NCBI GenBank assembly: GCA_048940645.1
Contig: JBHLOI010000023.1
Location: 1-51,087, forward strand
Direction: 5' to 3'
Source: Promethearchaeota archaeon
GTDB lineage: Archaea > Asgardarchaeota > Lokiarchaeia > Sigyniarchaeales > SOKP01
DNA: 51,087 nt
A program made the position numbers and the translations under genes. The notes beneath the pieces are model-generated. The model had not been told where the DNA came from and ran no database searches. It saw only the letters and a program-made list of their open reading frames with translations. Each line of letters opens with the position of its first letter. The first letter of the stretch is position 1. Shown here piece after piece: positions 1-9,943 of the stretch.

Positions 1-367
1 ATAAATTTCCATAGGAGTCTTTAATGAAAAGATAGTAAATATCACTATTTTCGCGTGGCACTTTAATTACATCATAAGCCATTAATTTTGCTTTAGATAC
101 TAATCTATCTCTATCTTCAATAATTAAACAAGTGTGAGTGAAAGTATCTTTAACTTTGCTATTATCTTTAGTAATAAATACTTCTATATTGATTTTTTCG
201 TCGGAGTATCTTATTATTTCCTGTTCTTCTTTAGTTCCAAAAAATTTTTCCATCAGATTTTCATTAACCGTAAAAGCTCTAACTTTTCTTAATCCTAATA
301 AATCAATAAAGAATTTATCAGAGGATTTTTCTGAGTTAGAAGCAACCGCTATATGCTCAATTCTCAA
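1..367 (-). CDS. VOC/glyoxalase family protein (3' end runs off the window; missing from ORF track)
   Basis: Manual translation from TTG at 367: MRIEHIAVASNSEKSSDKFFIDLLGL...FTHTCLIIEDRDRLVSKAK...YLFIKDSYGNL. Shows the VOC pattern HIAV..FF..LLG / H..L / F.KD..GN. Confidence 0.8.
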   Translation of the reverse strand, partial: MRIEHIAVASNSEKSSDKFFIDLLGLRKVRAFTVNENLMEKFFGTKEEQEIIRYSDEKINIEVFITKDNSKVKDTFTHTCLIIEDRDRLVSKAKLMAYDVIKVPRENSDIYYLFIKDSYGNL

Positions 368-606
368 AATTCTAACCTATATATTGTTTTGATTCCATAA
401 TCTAAAATTATTTAATAGAGTTTATTACTTAAACATATTGTTATAAATCTTAATTTTGATATTTTATTTTGGTTTGAACTAAGAAAAATTTAATTTTAAC
501 GTTTTTTAGAAATTTATAAATTAAAATGTATCTTAAAATATTTTTATAATCCACTAAATTTCATTAAAGATTAGCAAAATAACCAAAAAGAATGTGATTA
601 TTTAGT

Positions 607-1086
607 ATGGGAGTAGTTGAAAGTCTAAAAATTGTTGCTGGTATTATAATACTTATAAGTTCTATGACTATTTTAGTAATGGTTTTCATGCCTTCTGAGA
701 TTAATGCATTAGCAGTTCTTTTTAATTTTGGAATTGACGTTACAGCATCTAATCTTGCAGAAGCTATAGTTTATGGAATAACGGCAGCCTTAGCTGGCTT
801 ATTATTTGGTTTAATGATGATTGTTATAGGTATCATATATCTCGCTGCTTCGGTAACTTTCGGTGTTTTAACCCTTGTACTTAAAAGAAGTAAAGCTATC
901 ACTATTATAGTCCTTATATTAGCAAGTTTTACCTTAATTCTTGGAATTCGGGCAGTTGTCTTCTTGTCAATAGCAGGATATAGTAGTTTAGTTTTACCAC
1001 TTCGGATAGTTGCTGATAGTATTGTAATTACGATATGTATATATAGTCTTGTTATACTATTTCGAAAACCAAGCGAAATGAAGTAA
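607..1086 (+). CDS. hypothetical membrane protein (about 4 TM)
   Basis: 159-aa ORF, almost entirely hydrophobic segments; no family recognised. Confidence 0.6.
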   Translation: MGVVESLKIVAGIIILISSMTILVMVFMPSEINALAVLFNFGIDVTASNLAEAIVYGITAALAGLLFGLMMIVIGIIYLAASVTFGVLTLVLKRSKAITIIVLILASFTLILGIRAVVFLSIAGYSSLVLPLRIVADSIVITICIYSLVILFRKPSEMK

Positions 1087-1327
1087 ATTTTTTAACAAAT
1101 TTATAAACATCTTATATTTTTTTTCTTATGTTATAAAAAGGATAATTTAAATCTAAAATTAAGAAAAGTACTTCAAATATATACAACTCATCTTTAAATA
1201 AATTAGTTTTTAATTATTAATACATTATTTTTTTCTGTTGATAAACTAATGAAAATTTAAAAATTTTTGAATTTAATAAATATTAATCTACTAAATTTTA
1301 AATGAATAAGGTTAGGGTTTGTATTGA

Positions 1328-2197
1328 ATGACAAAGCTTGATGGAGAAGGATTCCTAGATAAACTTTATGAAGTTGTTTTCAAACTCTCGGGAATCTCAA
1401 AAACCCAATCTTATCGATTTAAAAAAGAATGGGATGAAAATTTAATACAATTAAATAAAAACCCTCATCTTGTACGTCAAATCCCTGTTGAGAAAGATAA
1501 ATTTTTACAAGATATTGAATATAGGATTAAAGTTTTAGACGAAGTAAGGCTCTCTTTTGAAGATGGTTTTCATTCCATAAAAACCTTATTAACCACTTTA
1601 TATCAATTGTATTTTAATGATTCAAAACGGTTCAAAGAAGACTTTTCGAATCATGATCAATTACTCCTAAAATATTTTGTAGCAAAAAAGATCCTTGGCG
1701 ATTTAGTGCAATATAATCAATTAGATCATGAATCAGTACCATTTAAATACAATTTGATTGCGAGAAATTATATAAGGATGAAGTTAAACGGTTTAAGAGA
1801 AAAAGAAATTCTTGAAAATTTGAAAAAGGTAAATATTGATATTACTCTACCAGGTTTACGTAAAGTTTTAAAAGAAGTCATTAAAGATGGAATTATTAAA
1901 AGAACGAAGAAAAAAAAATTAATCTATTACGTTACTAATAAGGAATTAGAATTAAGTGAAGTTGGTAATAAAAAATTCAATCAAACCCTTCGTCCTTTAG
2001 TTGAATGGCCTACCCTTTTTTGGAGAAGTTATTATAATATAAGAGAATTAAATGTTAGTGTAGAAGGAAATATTGAATATCCTGAATTCCTAAATAAGAT
2101 TTTAGAAAAAGCAGCAACTCAAGGATATATTGCATCCCATTACGTATTTAAGAATTTGGTTAAATATTATGAAAAAATAAAAGCAGACCTGAACTAA
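1328..2197 (+). CDS. hypothetical protein with a probable internal winged-helix segment
   Basis: 289-aa ORF; DITLPGLRKVLKEVIKDGIIKRTK...YYV resembles a wHTH recognition helix plus wing. Confidence 0.5.
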   Translation: MTKLDGEGFLDKLYEVVFKLSGISKTQSYRFKKEWDENLIQLNKNPHLVRQIPVEKDKFLQDIEYRIKVLDEVRLSFEDGFHSIKTLLTTLYQLYFNDSKRFKEDFSNHDQLLLKYFVAKKILGDLVQYNQLDHESVPFKYNLIARNYIRMKLNGLREKEILENLKKVNIDITLPGLRKVLKEVIKDGIIKRTKKKKLIYYVTNKELELSEVGNKKFNQTLRPLVEWPTLFWRSYYNIRELNVSVEGNIEYPEFLNKILEKAATQGYIASHYVFKNLVKYYEKIKADLN

Positions 2198-2216
2198 CTT
2201 ATTCTAAATCCTGTTT

Positions 2217-3119
2217 TTAGAAATCTTTCGTTTTTTTTATTGGAATCTCATATTCTTCTAAAATTGGAATTAAATGTTTTTTATCATCAGAATTTGTGCC
2301 CTTCCAATCTATTATGAAAAAGTTAATATCTTCAAATGTATATCGAATCATTTTTTCAATCATTTCATGATCTAAGTTTTGGATGAAATATTTTGGACAA
2401 ATAAATGACATAGCTATGTTTTTAGTTTTAATTAATCTATTAAAATTTGGAGCATAATGAGTTCCACCAAAGCCTAATCCAATTTTATTTTGACTACTTT
2501 CTTTAAATTGTATATATTTAAAAATTGTATTTACTATTGCTGATGCAATAATTTCACCTGCTTTTTTATTGGTCCATTCTGTTTTACTACTACCAAGTTC
2601 CATATAAATCAAAGGTTTTTCTAAAATTGTAGGACCATGATGAGTTACTTCGATATCTATAACAAAATTTTCTATAGATTGAATTGTAGCTTGTTCTATT
2701 AAGGAAAAAAATCCTGCCTTATGAAGTAATGCACTAGATCTAGAAAGATCTAATGGTTTTCCTCCAAATTCAACATCTTCACTCCAATTTCCTGTAGTAT
2801 GAGTTAATAGTGCTGGTCTTGCCGTCTTAGATGTATGACGACTGGCAAATATGAGAAAATCAGGATTAAAAATAGATTTATTTAGTCTTAAGTCATCCAA
2901 AAATATTAATCTCTCATCAGTCAATCCAAGATATATTCCTATATCATCAAGATATAAATTTTTATTCTGATCTATTAAAAATTTTTCTAATTTAAAAACT
3001 GGTTTTTCATTCCATTCGAAATCGACATTTTTAAATGAAAAGGACTCAGAATTTAATAACTTATCATAAATGTTCATTGAGGCAGTATCTTTGGAAGAAT
3101 GTATAATTAAAAAGTCCAT
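2217..3119 (-). CDS. dtdA: archaeal D-aminoacyl-tRNA deacylase (DTD2/GEK1 family)
   Basis: Motifs SRHTS, LTHTTGN, EVTHHGPT, ELGS, GFGGTHYAP. Confidence 0.92.
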   Translation of the reverse strand: MDFLIIHSSKDTASMNIYDKLLNSESFSFKNVDFEWNEKPVFKLEKFLIDQNKNLYLDDIGIYLGLTDERLIFLDDLRLNKSIFNPDFLIFASRHTSKTARPALLTHTTGNWSEDVEFGGKPLDLSRSSALLHKAGFFSLIEQATIQSIENFVIDIEVTHHGPTILEKPLIYMELGSSKTEWTNKKAGEIIASAIVNTIFKYIQFKESSQNKIGLGFGGTHYAPNFNRLIKTKNIAMSFICPKYFIQNLDHEMIEKMIRYTFEDINFFIIDWKGTNSDDKKHLIPILEEYEIPIKKTKDF

Positions 3120-3227
3120 AACTTTCAGTTAGTAGGTATTTTTCACATAAACTAATAATTCAAATCGTTTCAAATAAAGAAACCATAATAACAACTTTAA
3201 AAAATTATAATTAAATCATTGTATATA

Positions 3228-4190
3228 ATGTCAATTGATTTAATAACCGTTTTAATTTTATCTTTAGTATTTGGCATTCTATTTTTTGGCGCTGATTTTT
3301 ATGAACATAAACATCTTAAATTACATGTCTCATTAATAGCGGGGATTTCAGTAGCATATTTCTTCATAATTGTATTACCTGAAATAGCAGAAAAATTACC
3401 TGAATATCCTCTTCATTTAAAATTTTTAGAATATCTATTTGTTTTATTAGGTTTTTGTTTTATTCATATTAGTGAAAAATTGATATTACAAAAAGTAGAG
3501 AGTCGTTCACAAAAAAGAATGAGGAAATTACTTAAAAAAGAAAAGATTTTAGAAGCAGTTGAAAAAAATATGGAAAAAATTTTGACTGAAGAGATAAAGA
3601 AGAACGACTTAGATGAATATACTTTAAGAGAAATCGCTCAAACCTTATCAACCTTGAATCAACAAGAAGAAGATATGATTAACGAAATAGAGAAATATAA
3701 AATCAAAATTCAAAACCGAATAAATGAGGATTTATCAAAATTTCGATATCTTACTGATTATATTTATCATTTTCTGGTAGGTATTATCTTAGTAGGATTA
3801 TTATTACTTAACATTTTAGATGGAATACTCTTTTTTATATTTGCTTGGTTCAGAACAATTATTACAAACAGATCAGAAGCCCACATCATTTTTACTGATT
3901 TGGATATCTATGAAAAGCCAGAAATTGATAGAAAATCGATTAAAAAATATTTATTAGCAAGTTCAGCTCTATCTGGCATTATAATTGGATTAATTATTAA
4001 AATCTTTATCGATATTAACACTGAACTTTTATTTCTCGCATTCTCTTTTATATCGGGAATAATCTTATATATCATTGTAAGAGAAGTCATTCCTGAGAAA
4101 GAAAAAGGAGAACCTTTAAAATTTTTAATAGGGATGGTTGGATTTATTATTACAATTGTATTAATAAATCTTTTCATAAGTATCCTTTAA
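3228..4190 (+). CDS. ZIP-like membrane protein with a long coiled-coil insertion
   Basis: ZIP-like TM2 (SLIAGISVAYFFIIVLPE) and TM7 (FISGIILYIIVREVIPE). Charged helical insert after TM3. ATG at 3228 preferred over TTG at 3219. Confidence 0.6.
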   Translation: MSIDLITVLILSLVFGILFFGADFYEHKHLKLHVSLIAGISVAYFFIIVLPEIAEKLPEYPLHLKFLEYLFVLLGFCFIHISEKLILQKVESRSQKRMRKLLKKEKILEAVEKNMEKILTEEIKKNDLDEYTLREIAQTLSTLNQQEEDMINEIEKYKIKIQNRINEDLSKFRYLTDYIYHFLVGIILVGLLLLNILDGILFFIFAWFRTIITNRSEAHIIFTDLDIYEKPEIDRKSIKKYLLASSALSGIIIGLIIKIFIDINTELLFLAFSFISGIILYIIVREVIPEKEKGEPLKFLIGMVGFIITIVLINLFISIL

Positions 4191-4467
4191 TGGCAAATAC
4201 ATAATAAATATATAGATGTCTCTTTTAGCTATACAGTTATTCTAATTTTTCCATTTTTAAATCCGCAGCATTTATCAATATAAGGAGTTTCAAATAATAA
4301 TTTATAAAATAAAAGATCTTAATCGTAACTATTCATAATTCTTAATGATAAGTATAAGTAAATTTTATATTCATAGAAACAAAATTTAAATTAGAAATCC
4401 CTCTCTAGCTACAAGGAATAAATGAATAAATAATTAATCAAAATCCAAAAAGTAAAAGATTAGAAAA

Positions 4468-5034
4468 ATGATAAAGAAAACTTTTAAGGAATTATTAAAT
4501 ATTGATGATGACGATTATAAAATCATCGAAATGATTGAAAAAGATCCAGATATTACTCATAGCCAGATTGCAATTGAAGTGGAGAAAAGTCAGCCAGCAA
4601 TTGGTGCTCGAATTATTAAATTAGAGAGAAAACATTTATTAACCAAACAAGTTGGATTTAACATTAAAAAGGTTGATATAAAAGTGGCTATAGTTTTTAT
4701 ATCTACTAAAGATGTAGAAACGGTGGTGCACAAAATTAAGAATTGTCCTTTTATTAATCATGCTTTTAAAATTTCTGGTGAATTTAATCTATTATGTTTT
4801 GTCTCTGCTTCTGATCTCCAAACAATTGAAAGATTAGTAGATGTATGCTTTAGAAAAGATCCAAATGTAATTAATGTAAAGACAAATGTATTAATAGAAT
4901 CTGTACACGATTTTGTTGTACCTATTGATTTTCAAATTGAAAGGTTTGATTTTCATTCTGATAATTGTGGACCAGATTGCAATCTTAATGTAAATCTTCC
5001 TAAATATAAGTTTGATCAAATAGAAGAAGAATAG
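4468..5034 (+). CDS. Lrp/AsnC family transcriptional regulator (Cys-containing)
   Basis: DDDDYKIIEMIEKDPDITHSQIA...SQPAIGARIIKLE HTH; RAM domain FKISGEFNL. Confidence 0.88.
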   Translation: MIKKTFKELLNIDDDDYKIIEMIEKDPDITHSQIAIEVEKSQPAIGARIIKLERKHLLTKQVGFNIKKVDIKVAIVFISTKDVETVVHKIKNCPFINHAFKISGEFNLLCFVSASDLQTIERLVDVCFRKDPNVINVKTNVLIESVHDFVVPIDFQIERFDFHSDNCGPDCNLNVNLPKYKFDQIEEE

Positions 5035-5082
5035 CCTACTTTGTTTCATTTATTCAAATAAGTTAATTAAATATAATTTTTA

Positions 5083-5622
5083 TTAAATTTCTCCTCTCAT
5101 TTTAGCAAGTTTATATTTACATTTCTCTCCACAACCGACTTCATCATTAGGTTCATGGTGTTCAGAATCAAAATCAATGGGTAATACGAAATCTTTTGCT
5201 ATATCTGTAACAATTTCCATTGAAACTGAACTTACTTCTGGGTTTTTTCGAAAATGATAATTAACGATAGCATCAAGTTTACTTAAATTACTACTCGCAA
5301 GAAGGATACATATATTATGACCACCACTTAACCTAAAAGCATTTAACATGAATGGGCAACACGTTCCCATTTCCAAAACCTCCTCAGGATTACGAGTATT
5401 AATTTCAACAGTCGCTAAATGGAGCTGTACCTTTTTAAAGTTAATTCCCGGCTGAAATTGAAGTATTCCTTCCTTTTCAAGCTTCTTTATACGCATACCA
5501 ACTGTAGGCTGGGAGCGATTGATCTTTTCAGCAATCTGAGTATGTGTAAGATTTGGATCTTCTTGTACTAGAGTAATTATTTGGCGATCAATATCATCAA
5601 GTTTTAATTTTTCTGAAATCAT
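5083..5622 (-). CDS. Lrp/AsnC family transcriptional regulator (Cys-containing)
   Basis: LDDIDRQIITLVQED...SQPTVGMRIKKLEKEGI HTH; RAM domain FRLSGGHNI. Confidence 0.9.
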   Translation of the reverse strand: MISEKLKLDDIDRQIITLVQEDPNLTHTQIAEKINRSQPTVGMRIKKLEKEGILQFQPGINFKKVQLHLATVEINTRNPEEVLEMGTCCPFMLNAFRLSGGHNICILLASSNLSKLDAIVNYHFRKNPEVSSVSMEIVTDIAKDFVLPIDFDSEHHEPNDEVGCGEKCKYKLAKMRGEI

Positions 5623-5804
5623 ATACTATTCCTTTTAAAAATAATTTTGATTTTATAATTTGAATAATAATTTTTGTAATTTATTGTTTATAATTTTTCA
5701 ATTATAAAATACGTTAAGTATCGAAAAATAAGAACTTATAATTGATGACTTTACCAATTTGAAAGTTTGAAAATTTTCAAGCTTATTAAATATATTTAAA
5801 AAGA

Positions 5805-6044
5805 CTAATCTATAGTAATTGCTCTTAATTTACAAGCAGTTGTACAAATATGACATTTAACACATCGATCTTCCCGTTCTTCAATGACAATGCATTTTGG
5901 TTGATCATTTTTATTAATAACCTCATAAATTCCTCTGAAACAAGCTTCTTCACATGAAAAGTCTTTACACAACCTACATTTATTAGTATCTATATGGTGA
6001 AATCTATAGCTCTCAATATTAGGTTGATTCTTTACTTCACTCAT
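5805..6044 (-). CDS. 4Fe-4S dicluster ferredoxin
   Basis: CRLCKDFSCEEAC and CVKCHICTTAC motifs. Confidence 0.85.
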   Translation of the reverse strand: MSEVKNQPNIESYRFHHIDTNKCRLCKDFSCEEACFRGIYEVINKNDQPKCIVIEEREDRCVKCHICTTACKLRAITID

Positions 6045-6119
6045 TAAATATGCTAAAGTTGATTAGCTTTTATCTATTTAGATTATATTCTATAATAATT
6101 GGTTATTTATCTAAAACGA

Positions 6120-6542
6120 TCAAAATTCGCTTGTATGTCCTTCACAAAAACAATTAGGAGAATTGTTTATTACATCTCCACAAGGGCATGTTTTTGGATG
6201 TTTATATTTTTCACAGATTTTGTTGATAGTCTCGCATGAAAATAATAGATTAAATTTCTCACTTTCTTGATGGGCTTGTTCTGCTGTAATTCCTAATTCA
6301 TTACAAAGCAATAATTCGAGTAATTGTGCGTGTCTGGATAATTCAATAGTTAAATTTTTCCCTTTCCCCGTAAGTTCCACTACTTGATATCTTTTATATT
6401 TAACTAAATTTTGCTTTTCCAATCTTTTAACAGAACTCCCTATTGTGGAATGAGCTAATCCAAATTTTCTAGCAATATCCCCCACTTTTTGTTTTGGATA
6501 TTTATATAGGAATTTTATAACTTTACTATCAATATCAAGCAT
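6120..6542 (-). CDS. DtxR/MntR family metal-dependent regulator
   Basis: HTH (DIARKFGLAHSTI..VKRLEKQNLV.Y..Y..VELTGKG), RH..LLE, HPKTCPCG tail. Confidence 0.85.
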   Translation of the reverse strand: MLDIDSKVIKFLYKYPKQKVGDIARKFGLAHSTIGSSVKRLEKQNLVKYKRYQVVELTGKGKNLTIELSRHAQLLELLLCNELGITAEQAHQESEKFNLLFSCETINKICEKYKHPKTCPCGDVINNSPNCFCEGHTSEF

Positions 6543-6578
6543 TTTTAAATCACAAATGAAATTATTTAAAGAGTCACT

Positions 6579-7334
6579 TTAATGTTGGTGAATAGAAAGT
6601 ATTATAATAAGCACCATGGTACTTACACCTGCTAAGATTAGAATTACTTGGCGAATTGAATATTTAGGGTTAGCCCTCTGATGAAGCTGAGGAGTGAGAT
6701 CAGTTAAAGCTATATAAATGAAACTAGCCGCAGAAATTGCTAATAGATAAGGAACAGCTATGGAGAAGATGTCTAAAATAAAATAACCAATAATAGCAGA
6801 TGGAATTGTAGCCATACTTGAAATCGCATTTAATAAAAATGCTTTCCTCCGTGAATAACCACTATGTAATAAAATACCAAAATCACCCGTTTCTTGTGGA
6901 ATTTCATGTATCAAAATTGAAATACCAACTATAATACCAACTGAAAAATCGGTTAAAAAGGCTGCTGCGATAACAATACCATCGGTAAAATTGTGTAATG
7001 CATCACCTACTAAGACAAGAGGGCCAGCAGCGTTATGTATATCACAGACATCATCTTGACAGTTGCGCCAAATTATAATTTTTTCTAAGACGAAAAAGAA
7101 CAATATTCCGCCTAAAACAAATGTCATTATAAGATGAGGTTCTCCTACAATTTCTATTGCTTCAGGTATTAAACCAAATAAGGATGCTGTAAGTAAAACG
7201 CCAATAGCATAAGAAATTAAGATAGAAATCATTAATTTTTGAACTTTATCATTAAAGAGTATAAAAGTTGCAGCTGCGCTAATAGCTCCTAAGCTTCCAA
7301 TAATACTAAAGACGATAATCCATACTAAAATCAT
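6579..7334 (-). CDS. ZIP family metal transporter
   Basis: GDALHNFTDG and HEIPQETGDF signature motifs. Start moved to ATG 7334 (MILVWII) because the TTG extension overlaps the promoter/operator. Confidence 0.93.
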   Translation of the reverse strand: MILVWIIVFSIIGSLGAISAAATFILFNDKVQKLMISILISYAIGVLLTASLFGLIPEAIEIVGEPHLIMTFVLGGILFFFVLEKIIIWRNCQDDVCDIHNAAGPLVLVGDALHNFTDGIVIAAAFLTDFSVGIIVGISILIHEIPQETGDFGILLHSGYSRRKAFLLNAISSMATIPSAIIGYFILDIFSIAVPYLLAISAASFIYIALTDLTPQLHQRANPKYSIRQVILILAGVSTMVLIIILSIHQH

Positions 7335-7383
7335 GATCACTTCCAAAGATTTTTTTATTATTATAATTAGGATAAAAGAGTTT

Positions 7384-7412
7384 TTGAATTTTACGATAAT
7401 TCGTAAATTCAA
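7384..7412. promoter_or_regulatory. palindromic operator upstream of ZIP-DtxR genes
   Basis: TTTACGA-TAAT-TCGTAAA (7390-7407), extending imperfectly to TTGAATT...AATTCAA. Lies just downstream of a minus-strand TTTTATAAA box (~7445-7453). Confidence 0.6.
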
Positions 7413-7612
7413 TATCTTTGTCTATTTTTTATTTTAACTATCCATTTATAAAATTACTAGCTTTTGAATCGATTAGGTGGCACAAGATTGATAAAAGTTA
7501 AATATTATGTATAAATCTATGATAATTCTTCCTATCTTCTTTTCAAAATTAAATCCGAAAAGCAATTTTTGTGTAATAAAAAAAGTAAAGTGAATATTTC
7601 AATAAATTGAAA

Positions 7613-8542
7613 TTAATACTCTATTTTTGTATGCTTTAGGTAATCAAAGGCAGAATAAGCAGCAATTACACCTTCAGAGACTCCTGTAATTGCTTGCTTA
7701 AAGGGAGCATCCGCCACATCTCCAGCAGCAAATATTCCAGGTATATTGGTCTCGGACTTTCGGTTTATCTTAATTTCTCCTTTTTCATTTGTTATTACTC
7801 CTACTCTTTTTGCTATATCTGAATTTGGAAACGAACCTATTTCGATAAATACACCATCAATGTTCAATTCTTTTCCACTGTCAAAAATGACTGATTTAAC
7901 ATTAGTATCCCCTTTAATTTCTACTATATTTGTATTATATATGATTTCGATTTTCTCGTTTTCATATACCCGTTTTTTATTTATCGGTTCGGCTCTAATT
8001 TCCTGGCCACGATAAATAATATAAACCTTTTTAACATTTTGGGCTAAAAACAAAGCTTCTTTTGCTGCGGAATCACTCCCACCAATTACACACACAGTTT
8101 TATTTTTATAAAAAGGGCCATCACAAGTTGCACAGTAAGATACTCCTCTTCCAGTGAATTCTTCTTCACCTGGAATTCCCAACTTTCTACGTTCTGAACC
8201 AGTTGCGATGCAAACTGTAAATGCTTTAAATATCTGAAAAAAGGAATGTAATACAAAATGCGTCTCGTTTTTTTCTATACTACTTATCTCATCTGATATA
8301 TATGGTATACTTAATGAATCCATATGATCCTTAAACATGTCCATTAATCCTTGCCCACTTGTTGAGGTTATTCCTGGATAATTCTCTACAAGATGAGTTG
8401 TCGCAATTAGACCACCAAATGTCTTTCCTATAATCAAAACATCCATCGCGAATCGTGCTGCATAAATTGCACATCCTATAGCAGTTGGCCCTCCTCCCAA
8501 GACAATTAAATCATATATTTTTTCTAAATCAATACTTTCCAT
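7613..8542 (-). CDS. trxB: thioredoxin-disulfide reductase
   Basis: GGGP FAD motif, GRGVSYCATCDG active site, GIFAAGD. ATG 8542 lies immediately after the PDO stop. Confidence 0.93.
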   Translation of the reverse strand: MESIDLEKIYDLIVLGGGPTAIGCAIYAARFAMDVLIIGKTFGGLIATTHLVENYPGITSTSGQGLMDMFKDHMDSLSIPYISDEISSIEKNETHFVLHSFFQIFKAFTVCIATGSERRKLGIPGEEEFTGRGVSYCATCDGPFYKNKTVCVIGGSDSAAKEALFLAQNVKKVYIIYRGQEIRAEPINKKRVYENEKIEIIYNTNIVEIKGDTNVKSVIFDSGKELNIDGVFIEIGSFPNSDIAKRVGVITNEKGEIKINRKSETNIPGIFAAGDVADAPFKQAITGVSEGVIAAYSAFDYLKHTKIEY

Positions 8543-8543
8543 A

Positions 8544-9227
8544 TCAATATTGAACACGAAAATTACCTCCTATTAACGCCCTTAGGATTTCATTGGGTCC
8601 AACCATACCAACTAGTGTTTTTTGGTCATTGATAATAGTGTAAGGAACCCCTGCCGCGTCATAGTACTGACCAATATCTGGATTTGCCATAATATCTACA
8701 ACAACAGTTCTAACCTTTCCTTTAGACGCAATTGCAAATTGATTTGCGATTGTAACTACAGTTGGGCAATAAGGACAGGTCGAAGTGATCATTATCTTAA
8801 TTGTTGACGGCGCAATTCTCTCTAAGTTTTGCCTAATTGTAGCTTCATAATAATTGGGCATTCCTGCAAAAGTAAATATAGACTGAATAAAAGGTTGGAT
8901 CTCACCACCTTTAGGAGCAGCTAAATATCTAATTACTTCTCTTCCCATATCATCAATGAAAAGTATTGTCGGAACACGTGAAATATCGTATTTTCTGGCA
9001 AATTCTGGATTATCATCAATTGATAGTTCTTCTATTGTAAGCATACCATTTGAATTTTCTTCATACACCCTTAATAACGCCATAAATTGCCCACAATCCA
9101 TACAAGCTCTTATCTTTGTTCCATCAGCTTGAACCTTCTGTGAGGTAAATACTTTTAATTTAACAGCCTTTGTTAATTTAGCCATTTCTGTTTTTATTAT
9201 TTCTTTATATCTATCGTCTTGAGACAC
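8544..9227 (-). CDS. protein disulfide oxidoreductase (PDO, two thioredoxin folds)
   Basis: CMDC and CPYC motifs, SRVPT and AGVPYT cis-Pro loops. Confidence 0.88.
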   Translation of the reverse strand: MSQDDRYKEIIKTEMAKLTKAVKLKVFTSQKVQADGTKIRACMDCGQFMALLRVYEENSNGMLTIEELSIDDNPEFARKYDISRVPTILFIDDMGREVIRYLAAPKGGEIQPFIQSIFTFAGMPNYYEATIRQNLERIAPSTIKIMITSTCPYCPTVVTIANQFAIASKGKVRTVVVDIMANPDIGQYYDAAGVPYTIINDQKTLVGMVGPNEILRALIGGNFRVQY

Positions 9228-9250
9228 TTTATCAAACTACCTCCTTTAAT

Positions 9251-9943
9251 TTAGGCATACATCCCTCCAAAATCTCTTTGTCCTTTAGTAAGTTTATCTA
9301 GTAAATCTTGAGGCGTAAACATTCCATAAATATTCTCAGTCTCATTAACAACCGTATGGGGGACTCCCTGAACTTGATATTTCATAGCAAGGTCTGGATT
9401 TAAATTAACGTCAATTATTTCTGCTGAAATCTTCCCCTTAGACACAATGGCAAAAAGAGTAAGAACTGGAACTGTTGCGGGGCAGTAAGGACAAGTTTCG
9501 CTAATAAAAATCTTCATTTTTGATTTATCAATTTTTTTAAGGTGAGTGAGGATTTGATCAGCGTAATACGGTCTTACTCCTGAAAAATATTGGATACTAT
9601 TGAGAAAAGGTACAAACTCAGCTCCAATTGGGTGTGCTGAATATCTAATTACTTCATTATCATTCTCATCAACAAACAAAATAGCAGGTATCCTTTTAAC
9701 ATCGTACTTTTTAGCTTCATCTTTGTTTTCCTCAATAGAATATTCTTTAATCACTAACTTTCCATCTGAAAATTCAGCCAATTTATTCAATAAGTCATAA
9801 GTACCCTCGCAACCCATACAATTACGTAGTTTCGTATTATTTTCTTGAGTTTTAAAATCTGTGAATAATTTCAAGATTACCTTATTCTTCAATTTACTCA
9901 TTTCTCTTGTGATATTATCAATCTCATTTTGGGAAAATAACAT
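9251..9943 (-). CDS. protein disulfide oxidoreductase (PDO, two thioredoxin folds)
   Basis: CMGC and CPYC motifs, KRIPA and QGVPHT loops. Confidence 0.88.
   Translation of the reverse strand: MLFSQNEIDNITREMSKLKNKVILKLFTDFKTQENNTKLRNCMGCEGTYDLLNKLAEFSDGKLVIKEYSIEENKDEAKKYDVKRIPAILFVDENDNEVIRYSAHPIGAEFVPFLNSIQYFSGVRPYYADQILTHLKKIDKSKMKIFISETCPYCPATVPVLTLFAIVSKGKISAEIIDVNLNPDLAMKYQVQGVPHTVVNETENIYGMFTPQDLLDKLTKGQRDFGGMYA

Noticed and set aside
138-392. 84-aa plus-strand ORF in the track
   Set aside because: Antisense shadow of the VOC-family gene on the minus strand.
5650-5710. ATTTTATAATT / AATTATAAAAT inverted and tandem repeats upstream of the Lrp gene
   Set aside because: Pure A/T motifs are expected by chance in such AT-rich intergenic DNA and overlap TATA-like boxes.
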